64,000 nucleotides of DNA from Thainema sp. (GTDB lineage Bacteria; Cyanobacteriota; Cyanobacteriia; Phormidesmidales; Phormidesmidaceae), in NCBI GenBank assembly GCA_052168235.1, contig JBQLZK010000018.1:1-64000 (forward strand), read 5' to 3'. This document shows, piece after piece, positions 20,612 to 29,134 of this stretch. A program made the translations under genes and the position numbers. The stretch's first letter is position 1. Every line of letters starts with the position of its first letter. The notes under the pieces are model-generated. The model was not told the DNA's origin. It saw only the letters and a program-made list of their open reading frames with translations, and ran no database searches.

Positions 20612-21067
20612 CTATTCGCTAGCGGCATCGCGGTCGATGATTAAGGTCACGGGGCCATCATTTGCGATCGCAACCTGCATCATGGCACCAAATCTGCCCG
20701 TTTCGACCTTCAGTCCACTCTGCTTTAGTTTGCTGACGAACTGCTCATAGAGGGCTTCCGCTTGTTCCGGTGGCGCAGCTTGGTCGAAGGATGGGCGACG
20801 ACCTTTGCGACAGTCACCGTAGAGAGTGAACTGACTGATGACCAGTAATTCTCCCTCAATGTCCTGGACGGATTGACTAAAGCGCTGGGTTTCTGGATCG
20901 GGAAAAATCCGTAGACCCAGGCACTTTTGCACCATCCAATCCAGTTCAGCCTCTGTATCGGTAGCGGCAATGCCAACCAGCAGATTGAGGCCACGACCAA
21001 TTTTGCCAACCAGCTTGCCATTTACCTCAACTGATGATGATTGGACACGCTGTACCACGACTCGCAT
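20612..21067 (-). CDS. dtd: D-aminoacyl-tRNA deacylase
   Basis: [20 protein letters not shown] and NDGPVT motifs. Confidence 0.96.
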   Translation of the reverse strand: MRVVVQRVQSSSVEVNGKLVGKIGRGLNLLVGIAATDTEAELDWMVQKCLGLRIFPDPETQRFSQSVQDIEGELLVISQFTLYGDCRKGRRPSFDQAAPPEQAEALYEQFVSKLKQSGLKVETGRFGAMMQVAIANDGPVTLIIDRDAASE

Positions 21068-21325
21068 GTGTTCCTCTACTCCTACTGTATCGCCATAGAC
21101 ACTTGATTCAGATTAGCTTGGGACGGTAATTCTATCGGCCTTAACGGTTGGAGTCGCGTCAGTTTTTTACCCTAGTGCTTTGGAGTAGTGCTTTGGATCC
21201 AATATCTGATTAGCGACTCTGCTACTTGCGATCGCACGGCGGCGAGTCAACGCTATGCAACGCCATATAGGTAAAGCTATACAATGGCTTTGACGAGTTA
21301 CTGTGACCATCTCAACCATTCCCCC

Positions 21326-22465
21326 ATGCAAAACGGCAGATACGATTGCATTATTGTGGGCGCAGGCCCAGCCGGCAGCAGCGCCGCCTACCATCTAGCT
21401 AAGCGAGGACATTCCGTGCTGCTCCTAGAGCGAGAGACGCTGCCGCGCTACAAGCCCTGTGGGGGAGGCGTCTCGCCGGAAATTGCTCAGTGGTTTGACT
21501 TTGACTTTACACCAGCGATTTCGCTTAAGGTGCAGCGGCTGCGACTGACGTGGAATATGGCCGATCCCGTTGAGGCCGACTTGGACACGATTGAGCCAAT
21601 CTGGATGGTGCGGCGGGAAGTATTTGACCATTTTTTGGTGCAGCAGGCGCAAAAGCAGGGAGCGGTTCTCAAAGAGCAAACCGTCGCGAAGGGAATTCGG
21701 TTTGAGTGCGATCGCTGGATTGTTCACACGATGCAGGGCGATTTTGAGGGAACGTACTTAATCGCGGCGGATGGGGCAAGAGGTTTGACGGCTAAGTGGC
21801 TGGGTTTTCAGCAGCGCCAGGTTCAGATGGCGGGGGCACTGGAGATTGAGTATCCGGCTCCGGCGGATCATGACCCGCTGACGATGCATTTGGAGTTGGG
21901 CATGGTGAAGAACGGCTACGCCTGGAATTTCCCTAAGGCGGATGGCTATTCCATTGGTGCGGGCGCATTTCGCAGCAAGAGCAAGGGACAAGACTATCGG
22001 CCAATTCTAGAGCAGTACGCCGCCAGTTTTAATATCGATCCAGAAGCGGCGCGGCGCTGTGGTCATCCGATCTGCGTTTGGAATGGCGACCAGGTGCTTC
22101 ACACGCAGCAGGCGCTCTTGGTGGGCGAGGCGGCCTGTGTGGTCGATCCGTTTACGGCTGAGGGAATTCGACCGTCCATGTATAGCGGCGTGAAAGCTGC
22201 CGAGGCAATTGATGGTGTGATGACGGGACGAGTTGAATCTCTAGCAACCTATAGCCAGGTGATGCAGCGAACTTGGGGAACGGAAATGCGCTGGGCACAG
22301 CGGCTAGCAGGGGCATTTTATCGGCTGCCAGCAGTGAGCTATCGCGTTGGAGTAAAGCGGCCTTCGGCACCGCATACGATGGGCAGAATTTTCTGCGGAA
22401 CGCTGCACTATAGTGATGCGGTTGACCGAGCATTGAAGCGGTTAAGCGGTGGTTTGATTCGATAG
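21326..22465 (+). CDS. Geranylgeranyl reductase-family flavoprotein
   Basis: IIVGAGPAGS, PRYKPCGGG, IAADGA, GYAWNFPK and DPFTAEGIRP motifs. Confidence 0.88.
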   Translation: MQNGRYDCIIVGAGPAGSSAAYHLAKRGHSVLLLERETLPRYKPCGGGVSPEIAQWFDFDFTPAISLKVQRLRLTWNMADPVEADLDTIEPIWMVRREVFDHFLVQQAQKQGAVLKEQTVAKGIRFECDRWIVHTMQGDFEGTYLIAADGARGLTAKWLGFQQRQVQMAGALEIEYPAPADHDPLTMHLELGMVKNGYAWNFPKADGYSIGAGAFRSKSKGQDYRPILEQYAASFNIDPEAARRCGHPICVWNGDQVLHTQQALLVGEAACVVDPFTAEGIRPSMYSGVKAAEAIDGVMTGRVESLATYSQVMQRTWGTEMRWAQRLAGAFYRLPAVSYRVGVKRPSAPHTMGRIFCGTLHYSDAVDRALKRLSGGLIR

Positions 22466-22517
22466 GTTTGGTACAAGTGCGAAGTAAAACTGCGATCGCA
22501 CCTCTCTTTCAAATCAT

Positions 22518-22584
22518 AAACCCCAAATTATTGGTTGCAAAAGTCAGGCCAAGCCTAGCTTTCACAACCAATAATTTGGGGTTT
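22518..22584. terminator. Long inverted repeat between convergent genes
   Basis: AAACCCCAAATTATTGGTTG ... CAACCAATAATTTGGGGTTT with an inner AGGC-caa-GCCT hairpin. Confidence 0.55.
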
Positions 22585-22601
22585 TCTAGTCAGATTCGGT
22601 A

Positions 22602-22928
22602 TTACATATACATCAGGACTTTAATTTTAGTCAATTTGTCGCTGGTTAATCCTTCCAAATCATTGAGCTGTATCCAGCCTTCTTTTGTAAGTCGGGATAA
22701 CGTAAAAAGTAAGGCGGATTCTTGATCATCGTATTTGCCATCTATGTCATGACGCCTCGCATTCAAGAAGTCATTCAACTGCCATAAATGCTCAATTTGC
22801 GCGACTTGGCTAACCTTATCTTTGACTGTTTCAATTAGAACGGCAATTTCGCGTTCGTGGGCTTTGTTGAAGGCTGCCTTAGCAATTTCTTGCTCTTGTG
22901 GTGACCATGTAGCTGTACTCTTTGACAT
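22602..22928 (-). CDS. frp: Fluorescence recovery protein
   Basis: WSPQEQEIA, LWQLNDFLNARRHDIDGKYD, EGWI..LEGL; downstream of ocp. Confidence 0.92.
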   Translation of the reverse strand: MSKSTATWSPQEQEIAKAAFNKAHEREIAVLIETVKDKVSQVAQIEHLWQLNDFLNARRHDIDGKYDDQESALLFTLSRLTKEGWIQLNDLEGLTSDKLTKIKVLMYM

Positions 22929-22968
22929 GAAATAAATTTGATATATGAGAATTATTTACATTTCTTTA

Positions 22969-23766
22969 TTATAGTCTAAGATGCCCAAGATGTTGAGGGG
23001 AATGGCTCTGGCGGTGGACAGCAGGTAGTCGATACCACGGCACATCAGGGTAGGTATGATGCTCCCAGTGGTAGCCAAAATGATAGCAAGCTAAAAATGA
23101 CCACAGCGGTGAATAGGAAACGCTATGGATATAAATCTCGGAATTTGGAGCTGAGCCATGTTGATTTGGGGCTTTGTGAGGGAGGTAAGTGCCAAAGAAA
23201 AATAGCTGAATAGAGCTGAGAATCAGTGGCAGCAACCAGAACAGCAAAATGTTGATCCAAGTAATCTGAAACAGGCTGCTGAGAACTACGAAGAAAAGAC
23301 TGCCGCTAGCTATAAACCCTATAATTTGTCGAATCGGAAAATAGGCTCGCATAAAGTTTAGATACCAGCAGAAAGGATGTGAATCGCTGCCCTGGAAATC
23401 GGGATCATTGGGTGTGGCGGTTTGGTTATGATGCTGCCAATGATTTTTATGGCAGTCACTATAACTGAGAAAGGCATAGAGCCATAGTGCAATCTGCCCT
23501 ATCCAACGATTCATCAACTTGCTCTGCGGCAGTAAGTTGCAGTGAATTGCATCATGAGCAATCACAAACAGCCCCGTATGAAGAAATGTCCGCCCCAAAA
23601 CAGCGCCAATTATCAACCATATTGGTTCAGTATTTAGCGATGTAGTCAGTAGCTGGATTAGGCTGCCTATCCACAAGCTAATCAGGATTCCGGCGAACAA
23701 AGCCCCGATCCAAGTTGTGCGAATGGTGTGTTGGCTTGGCAGGTTTGATAATTTTTTGGTTTGCAT
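22969..23766 (-). CDS. crtW: Beta-carotene ketolase (CrtW, fatty-acid-desaturase fold)
   Basis: His boxes HTGLFVIAHDAIH, HKNHWQHH and CYHFGYHWEHH; QLFFFGTYLPH; lies between ocp and frp. Confidence 0.85.
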   Translation of the reverse strand: MQTKKLSNLPSQHTIRTTWIGALFAGILISLWIGSLIQLLTTSLNTEPIWLIIGAVLGRTFLHTGLFVIAHDAIHCNLLPQSKLMNRWIGQIALWLYAFLSYSDCHKNHWQHHNQTATPNDPDFQGSDSHPFCWYLNFMRAYFPIRQIIGFIASGSLFFVVLSSLFQITWINILLFWLLPLILSSIQLFFFGTYLPHKAPNQHGSAPNSEIYIHSVSYSPLWSFLACYHFGYHWEHHTYPDVPWYRLPAVHRQSHSPQHLGHLRL

Positions 23767-23895
23767 ATTTATTGTTCAGAACCGAGGTTGTGCAGGTTCC
23801 TCAACCACACCTTAAATAAGAAAGCACCCAAATACAGGGTGCTTTCTCACGCTTGCTCTACGTAATCCCTAATAATTCAAACCAGTGATCAGGAA

Positions 23896-24855
23896 TTAAC
23901 GTGTTAGATTGAGCAGTTCTTTGGGTGAAGCTAACAAGTCAATTGCAACGAAAAAGATCTTGTTCTCTGGTGTCAGCAAAAATCGCCATGCGATGTTCAT
24001 GCCGACATTAGCGCCAAACCAAGGGGTTTGTACTTTGCCCGTTACTTTGACTTGAGTGAATCCTTCTTCCGCAGGTTCAGCTACGCCGCGCTCTGGTATC
24101 AACTTTAAGTTTTGGCATTCCTGTCTAAAGAATTGGAAGATCGCATCTTTGCCAACGATGGGGCGGCGGAAAGGTGGTTGTAGTGCTCCATCGGGGGTGA
24201 ATAACTCAATTAAGGCATTGAAGTCATTGGCATTGAGGTTGTTCATGTAGTCTATGACCGTCTGATTGGTCAGACCCTCAATGCTAACCTTTTCGCGTTT
24301 AGACGCTTCCGTTGGTGCAACTGCGGGTTCTAGCACAACTTTGTAGTCTTTGATCTGGGCTGGATCAAAGCCAAAGTCAACGACAGCATTGCGTAGTACT
24401 GTAATTTGCTGACCCGGTTCTAGGCCGCGCATCGTTTCTAAAACGGCAGAAGCATTGGCGGATAGCTGATATCCGGGGGGAATGGGAGCGACTAGCCCTT
24501 GATCCATCCACTCGGCTAGCTTATACCAGAAGCCAAGTTTCAGATTTTGAGACCATGTTGCATAAGTGCGGCAGATGGGGGTGTCAGCATGATTGGCTAA
24601 GTCATACATGACCTGTGTTTGCTCAGTAAAGGACATGTCCTTGATTTGATTGAGCGTGTTTTCTGCAAACTGCATCGGAGCAGCGCCCAAGGCAGCAGGA
24701 GTCACCGACTTGCCCATTTCCAGATAAGCAAACCAGATCAACGCTAACTGATCTTCTGTGTTGAGCTGACCAAATCTAGCAATTGTTGCGGGGACAACAT
24801 CTGCTGTCAGAGTCTCAGGAAAGATGTTACGTGCTGAATCAACTGTATATGTCAT
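23896..24855 (-). CDS. ocp: Orange carotenoid protein (full length, NTD+CTD)
   Basis: EDQLALIWFAY, KLGFWY, QQITVLRN, VTGKVQTPWFG and FVAIDLLASPKELLNL motifs; 319 aa. Confidence 0.97.
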   Translation of the reverse strand: MTYTVDSARNIFPETLTADVVPATIARFGQLNTEDQLALIWFAYLEMGKSVTPAALGAAPMQFAENTLNQIKDMSFTEQTQVMYDLANHADTPICRTYATWSQNLKLGFWYKLAEWMDQGLVAPIPPGYQLSANASAVLETMRGLEPGQQITVLRNAVVDFGFDPAQIKDYKVVLEPAVAPTEASKREKVSIEGLTNQTVIDYMNNLNANDFNALIELFTPDGALQPPFRRPIVGKDAIFQFFRQECQNLKLIPERGVAEPAEEGFTQVKVTGKVQTPWFGANVGMNIAWRFLLTPENKIFFVAIDLLASPKELLNLTR

Positions 24856-25041
24856 GAGTTACTCGATGAATAATCGTCTGGTGAACGTCAGTTATGAGTT
24901 AAAGATCAACCCAGCCAGGCGTGAGAGTCTAAATCAGGATTGGGCTAGTGAGCAAAGATTAGACTTCTCATGCGGCCAAACTATAGTGAGATTGTCTAAG
25001 AAGAATTTGCCAGCGCACGTTTTGGTGCTCTGCAAATTTGC

Positions 25042-25079
25042 GTAACATATATCTACATTACGTTACATAACGTAACATA
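25042..25079. promoter_or_regulatory. Tandem HLR1-like (RpaB-type) direct repeats upstream of ocp
   Basis: GTAACATA, TCTACATT, GTTACATA and GTAACATA at 25042, 25052, 25062 and 25072 (10-bp period). Confidence 0.55.
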
Positions 25080-25159
25080 CAAAGGTATTTGTGTCTAATG
25101 AACTAAATTTCTGGAGCGGGTGTGCATCTCGTAAATAGCCCACAAACCCTAAGAGAGGC

Positions 25160-25461
25160 GAGATCGCACTTCTCTATCTCCAACCTCTGAACCTGCGATC
25201 TCACTTTTTCCTCTACTCCCACAGATCAATCCTGCGATCGCACTTCTCTATCCTCAACTTCCAATACTGCGATCGCATTTTTCCGGCAATCCCACAGATC
25301 AATCCTGCGATCGCACTTCTCTATCTCCAACCTCTGAACCTGCGATCGCACTTTCCTCTGCAATCCCACAGATCAAAACTGCGATCGCACTTCTCTATCT
25401 CCAACATCTGAACCTGCGATCGCACTTCTTCTGCAATCTCACAGATCAATACTGCGATCGC
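25160..25461. repeat. HIP1-anchored heterodimeric tandem repeat (about 74 bp x4)
   Basis: HIP1 or 1-mismatch HIP1 at 25160, 25195, 25234, 25269, 25307, 25342, 25381, 25416 and 25454. Spacers alternate between two types (CTTCTCTATCTCCAACCTCTGAAC / ..GCAATCCCACAGATCAAT). Confidence 0.9.
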
Positions 25462-25550
25462 AGTATGGAAAGCTGTTTTGGCTTGGTTGAAATGCTGTGA
25501 ACTGCTCTTGAGTTAAGCTTTGCTGTGGCGGAATAAGGATTAGCGGCTCA

Positions 25551-25802
25551 GCAATGAGCAGTTGCTGGTTTTGCTTATCGGTTAAGGCCAAACCCATAAG
25601 CGTTAGTGGCTAAGCAATAAGCGTTTTGAGGTTTTGCTTATGCGTTAGCGCTAAATCTATAAGCAGTTGCTGCTGGGCAATAAGCAGTTGCTAATTTTGC
25701 TTATACGTTAGCGGCAAATCTATAAGCGTTAGCTGTTGTGCAATAAGCAGTTGCTGGTTTTGCTTATACATTAATGTCGAACCGATAAGCGTTAGCGGCA
25801 AG
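25551..25802. repeat. 63-bp (3x21) degenerate tandem repeat x4
   Basis: GCAATAAGCAGTTGCTGGTTTTGCTTAT-like units start at 25551, 25614, 25677 and 25740. Confidence 0.85.
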
Positions 25803-26020
25803 TGAGAAATGCATTCCTGCTGAGGAGTAAACGATTGCTGCTTGGCAATCAAGGTTAGGCTATTGTGCGATCGCACTTTTCACTGTCGAGTAGAGAAATA
25901 AAGCTGCTTTTTCAAAACTAAAGAGTTTATCAAGAGGCTTCATGAAATTTATGTTTGAGCCACAGCAGAGCTTTGATATGGCAGCATTAACTAAGTAGCG
26001 CTGAAGTCAAAACAAAACTT

Positions 26021-26635
26021 ATGACCCAGTCTGAAAAATCAACAGCTCGGTTTCGCTCAGCTACAGAATTTCCTCAGAGTGTGCAGGAGCTAGAACGTGC
26101 CGAAGCTGATGCGCTTTATGTAGAGATGCGAGACTGCTTGATTTTCACCAATCGCAGCCGATCTCAGCTTGTACGCCGGAACCAAGAACATAAGGAAAAA
26201 GCACTAGTTCTACAAGAAGATGTACAGCGACTCCAGGGAATGATTTCCCGACTCACATCTGAAAAGCAGCTCATTACCCAGGCAAACCAAGATATCATTC
26301 AGGCGTTAGAAGCAGAGATGGCAACGATGTCGTCTCATCTGAACGAACTGTCTGGTGCTTTTGATGATATTGCCGATATAGAAACGGCTGGACAGGCACA
26401 ATGGGGATTTATGGCTGCCCCGTCTCGTTTCTTCCGCTTTTTGAGAGCTGTTAAAGCAATTGTGCTGTGGTGGCGAGAAGATCAATCTGATGCTGATGGA
26501 AGTACAGCGTTTTCGGCCAAACCTGATGCTCCAGCACTTCCGGGTGAGGTTGTTGATGAAGATCAAGATCGGTTAGACCGTCCTCAGATGTATTCAGATC
26601 AGGCTTCTGTTAATCGGTCGCTATTGGATCGCTAA
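26021..26635 (+). CDS. Hypothetical coiled-coil protein
   Basis: 204-aa ORF with heptad-like central region; tightly linked to the next ORF (4-bp gap). Confidence 0.75.
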   Translation: MTQSEKSTARFRSATEFPQSVQELERAEADALYVEMRDCLIFTNRSRSQLVRRNQEHKEKALVLQEDVQRLQGMISRLTSEKQLITQANQDIIQALEAEMATMSSHLNELSGAFDDIADIETAGQAQWGFMAAPSRFFRFLRAVKAIVLWWREDQSDADGSTAFSAKPDAPALPGEVVDEDQDRLDRPQMYSDQASVNRSLLDR

Positions 26636-26639
26636 AACA

Positions 26640-27038
26640 ATGGGTAAACAACGAGTTCAACAGCTACTGGATCAGCTCAAGGAGAATCAGGCCAAAGACA
26701 TCGAAAACGCGGCTGCTATCTATACAGTTGCTCAAGTTGCCGTTAATGCTCTGAATGAGTCAACTAATGAGTCGTCTGCACCTCAGCTAAGTGCTTCTGC
26801 TTTACCTACTGTTGCATCGATAACGAAGGCTGATTTGCTAGAACGGTACGGTTCGTTTAATGACTGTCGTAAAGCAGCTAAGGCTTTAGGAATCAAGTTT
26901 AGCAAGACGCCATCCTGGGATAAGTTAGAGGCTGCTTTTAGCTATCGTGTAGCTTGTCATCAACTGGTTCAAAGTTATCTAGCGGCATATCCAAATGAGC
27001 ACCTAAATAATGTCTCTTTGGAAATTCCTTTGTATTAA
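26640..27038 (+). CDS. Hypothetical protein
   Basis: 132-aa ORF, ATG 4 bp after the previous stop; helical C-terminal domain LLERYGSFNDCRKAAKALGIKF. Confidence 0.75.
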   Translation: MGKQRVQQLLDQLKENQAKDIENAAAIYTVAQVAVNALNESTNESSAPQLSASALPTVASITKADLLERYGSFNDCRKAAKALGIKFSKTPSWDKLEAAFSYRVACHQLVQSYLAAYPNEHLNNVSLEIPLY

Positions 27039-27057
27039 ATACCCTTTGTAGTTCTTT

Positions 27058-27118
27058 TGTAGGTTGGGTTGAAGCATGAAACCCAACGAGCGTATGGTTC
27101 GCGTCAACTCAACCTACA
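27058..27118. repeat. GTAG-type REP doublet (REPIN-like)
   Basis: TGTAGGTTGGGTTGA...AACCCAAC followed by an inverted TCAACTCAACCTACA (14/15 match). Confidence 0.7.
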
Positions 27119-27226
27119 CAATTTGAGATCGCAACCTCTTCCATCGTGGAACTGCGATCTCACTACACGAGAGATATAAGTACTCTAATTAATAGACTTT
27201 ATTTGTTGCATGTAATTAAAGCTAAA

Positions 27227-28321
27227 ATGGCCAATCAGATAACTAAGAATCAACACTATATTCCCCGCTTTCTACTAAACAACTTTGGTTGGAGAGCAAA
27301 TAAAACAAATAGGATAAACATAATTGACATCAACCGTTTTACTGCGAGATATGATCAGTCGATAGCAAAAAACTTTTCTCAAAATTACTTTTACGATAGA
27401 GATAATTCTGTCGAAAATTGTTTGCAGAAGTACATTGAAGATCCTGCTTGCGGAAGTATCAGAAAAATTCTTGATGGAGAGACTTCAATATCTATTGAAG
27501 ATCGCCATGCCATTCTTATATTTGTCTCCGTACTTTACTTCCGTACTGTTGAAGCCACGGAGAAGGCTCTTTCCTTCATGGAATCATTTTATCAGTCAAT
27601 AGTTGAGCAAATAGTGGCTCTCAATGGCTTCAATCCAGATCACACTCCAAGGCTGAAAATCAATCTTCAAAATCCTAGTGATTTGACTTCCAGAATGGTT
27701 TTTCAAGGATTTATTGATGCAAAAATATTAATAGATCTGGATCTTCATATTATTAAAAATAATTCTGACCTAGGTTTTTGCATATCTGATCATCCAGTAT
27801 TTTTGTACAACTGGTTTTATAAAGACTTAAAGCACCCAGCTGTAACCAGTCTAACTGCAAAAGGCTTACAAATTTTCTTGCCAATATCACCTAACCTACT
27901 AATTCTTTTGTACGATTCAGACACCTATAAAGTTGGCAAAAAGAATTCAAGTATAACCGAGTCCGAAGATATTAATGATGTTGAAATCTTGAATTCGTTC
28001 CAGCTGTTGAACTCAAGATCTATAATAGGTTTTCGCAATCAAACGGATGAAATTAGCTTAATGAAGCTTCTCCGTAAAAACAAAATGAATAAAATATATG
28101 AGCACAAGAGTGCTACTTCTCGGGTAGAAGACGACTTAACGGGAGAAATTAAAACAAATCATCTTGTTTTCACAGATCAACTCAAAATAAAGAAAATGCC
28201 ATCATTTATAACAATAAGGAAAGACGCGAGGAAAGATTTATCTTCCTTTTATGAAAGAAATCCGGCTCTCTCTGCCATACATCAAAGTTATAGAAATAAG
28301 ATCTTACGAGCAGAAAACTGA
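27227..28321 (+). CDS. DUF4238-domain protein
   Basis: N-terminal NQHYIPRFLL, F.QNYFYD, FCISDHPV and IFLPISP motifs; visibly more AT-rich than its neighbours; ATG at 27227. Confidence 0.8.
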   Translation: MANQITKNQHYIPRFLLNNFGWRANKTNRINIIDINRFTARYDQSIAKNFSQNYFYDRDNSVENCLQKYIEDPACGSIRKILDGETSISIEDRHAILIFVSVLYFRTVEATEKALSFMESFYQSIVEQIVALNGFNPDHTPRLKINLQNPSDLTSRMVFQGFIDAKILIDLDLHIIKNNSDLGFCISDHPVFLYNWFYKDLKHPAVTSLTAKGLQIFLPISPNLLILLYDSDTYKVGKKNSSITESEDINDVEILNSFQLLNSRSIIGFRNQTDEISLMKLLRKNKMNKIYEHKSATSRVEDDLTGEIKTNHLVFTDQLKIKKMPSFITIRKDARKDLSSFYERNPALSAIHQSYRNKILRAEN

Positions 28322-28385
28322 ATTTAAGTTGCTTGTCAATATAATCCTAGAATCCTTTCTAATCGTCTCTGTCAATGAACCTGTA

Positions 28386-28414
28386 TTGACTCCAAAAGCC
28401 AAATCCCGTACTGT
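28386..28414 (+). promoter_or_regulatory. Sigma70-type promoter
   Basis: TTGACT (28386-28391), 17-bp spacer, TACTGT (28409-28414). Confidence 0.55.
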
Positions 28415-28420
28415 GAAACG

Positions 28421-28612
28421 TTAAGTTGCCTTGGCAACATCACCTGCAACGGCAACTGGATACCAAAAATCTAGTCAGCGCTACCCAGAGTTGCGGCAAC
28501 AACCCTGGATAGCTAACCCCCGGTTGGCGTAGGCAACGCGGAGGCTTGAGGGATCATAACCCAGAGCCACCCTGCATTGCACTTCAGGATTGCGGGGTGG
28601 CTAGGTTTTTGG
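28421..28612 (+). ncRNA. Putative structured leader RNA / attenuator
   Basis: Hairpins 28480-28513 and 28566-28601 (the latter followed closely by a T-run); alternative long-range pairing of 28463-28477 with 28598-28612; recurring GGCAAC motifs. Confidence 0.5.
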
Positions 28613-28648
28613 CTTTCCTCTCGAAAGTCAAAAACACAAGGAAACACA

Positions 28649-28933
28649 ATGACATACCTCTTCCTCGGTGCTGCCTCTGAAGCAGCACCACAACCCGCTG
28701 CGACCATTCCCAATCAACCAACTCGCGATGGTCGCCATCCCCTGCGGATTATCCTGCTCGGCACCCGTCCTGACATCATTGTCACCATCAAAAACCTGCA
28801 TCGGCGCGGCTTTGCCGAAGCCAACGAATGGAGCCAGCCCATCCCCTGCCCCAGTGCCGGAGACGTAGCGCGCATCCTGGCTCAGCGCCATCCCGACGAC
28901 CAAATCAGCATCCTCACCCGCCATCTCAGCTAA
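28649..28933 (+). CDS. Small hypothetical protein (94 aa), recurrent cyanobacterial family
   Basis: AAGGA RBS at 28638 and ATG at 28649. LRIILLG...TIKNLHRRGFAEANEWSQPIP...ISILTR resembles a multicopy cyanobacterial small-protein family (recognised from memory). Confidence 0.7.
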   Translation: MTYLFLGAASEAAPQPAATIPNQPTRDGRHPLRIILLGTRPDIIVTIKNLHRRGFAEANEWSQPIPCPSAGDVARILAQRHPDDQISILTRHLS

Positions 28934-28955
28934 TCGGTTGAAGTTGAGATATCCC

Positions 28956-29021
28956 AGAAACCGGGTTTCTTGTTTCGCGTATTTTGTATAACCAAATGCT
29001 TGCGACAGAAACTCGGTTTCT
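28956..29021. repeat. Palindromic REP-like doublet
   Basis: AGAAACCGGGTTTCT (28956-28970) and AGAAACTCGGTTTCT (29007-29021). Confidence 0.65.
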
Positions 29022-29134
29022 AGATCTAGATAGAGAAGCATTTCCACCACCTGATGGAGTGCGATCGCATCCTGAATTTTTTAGAGTTTAGGAATAGAAA
29101 CGTTGCCCCAATACAAGTTACAGATACAAAGTTA

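Noticed and set aside
25160..25802. The two arrays as CRISPR arrays
   Set aside because: The spacers are themselves repeated rather than unique, the constant part is too short or degenerate, and there are no cas genes in the window.
28513..29050. Alternative ORFs (28577 start, 28513-28713 -, 28628-29050 -, 28668-28868 +)
   Set aside because: The ATG at 28649 has an RBS and gives the recognisable protein; the others run through the structured leader or REP doublet, or are antisense shadows.
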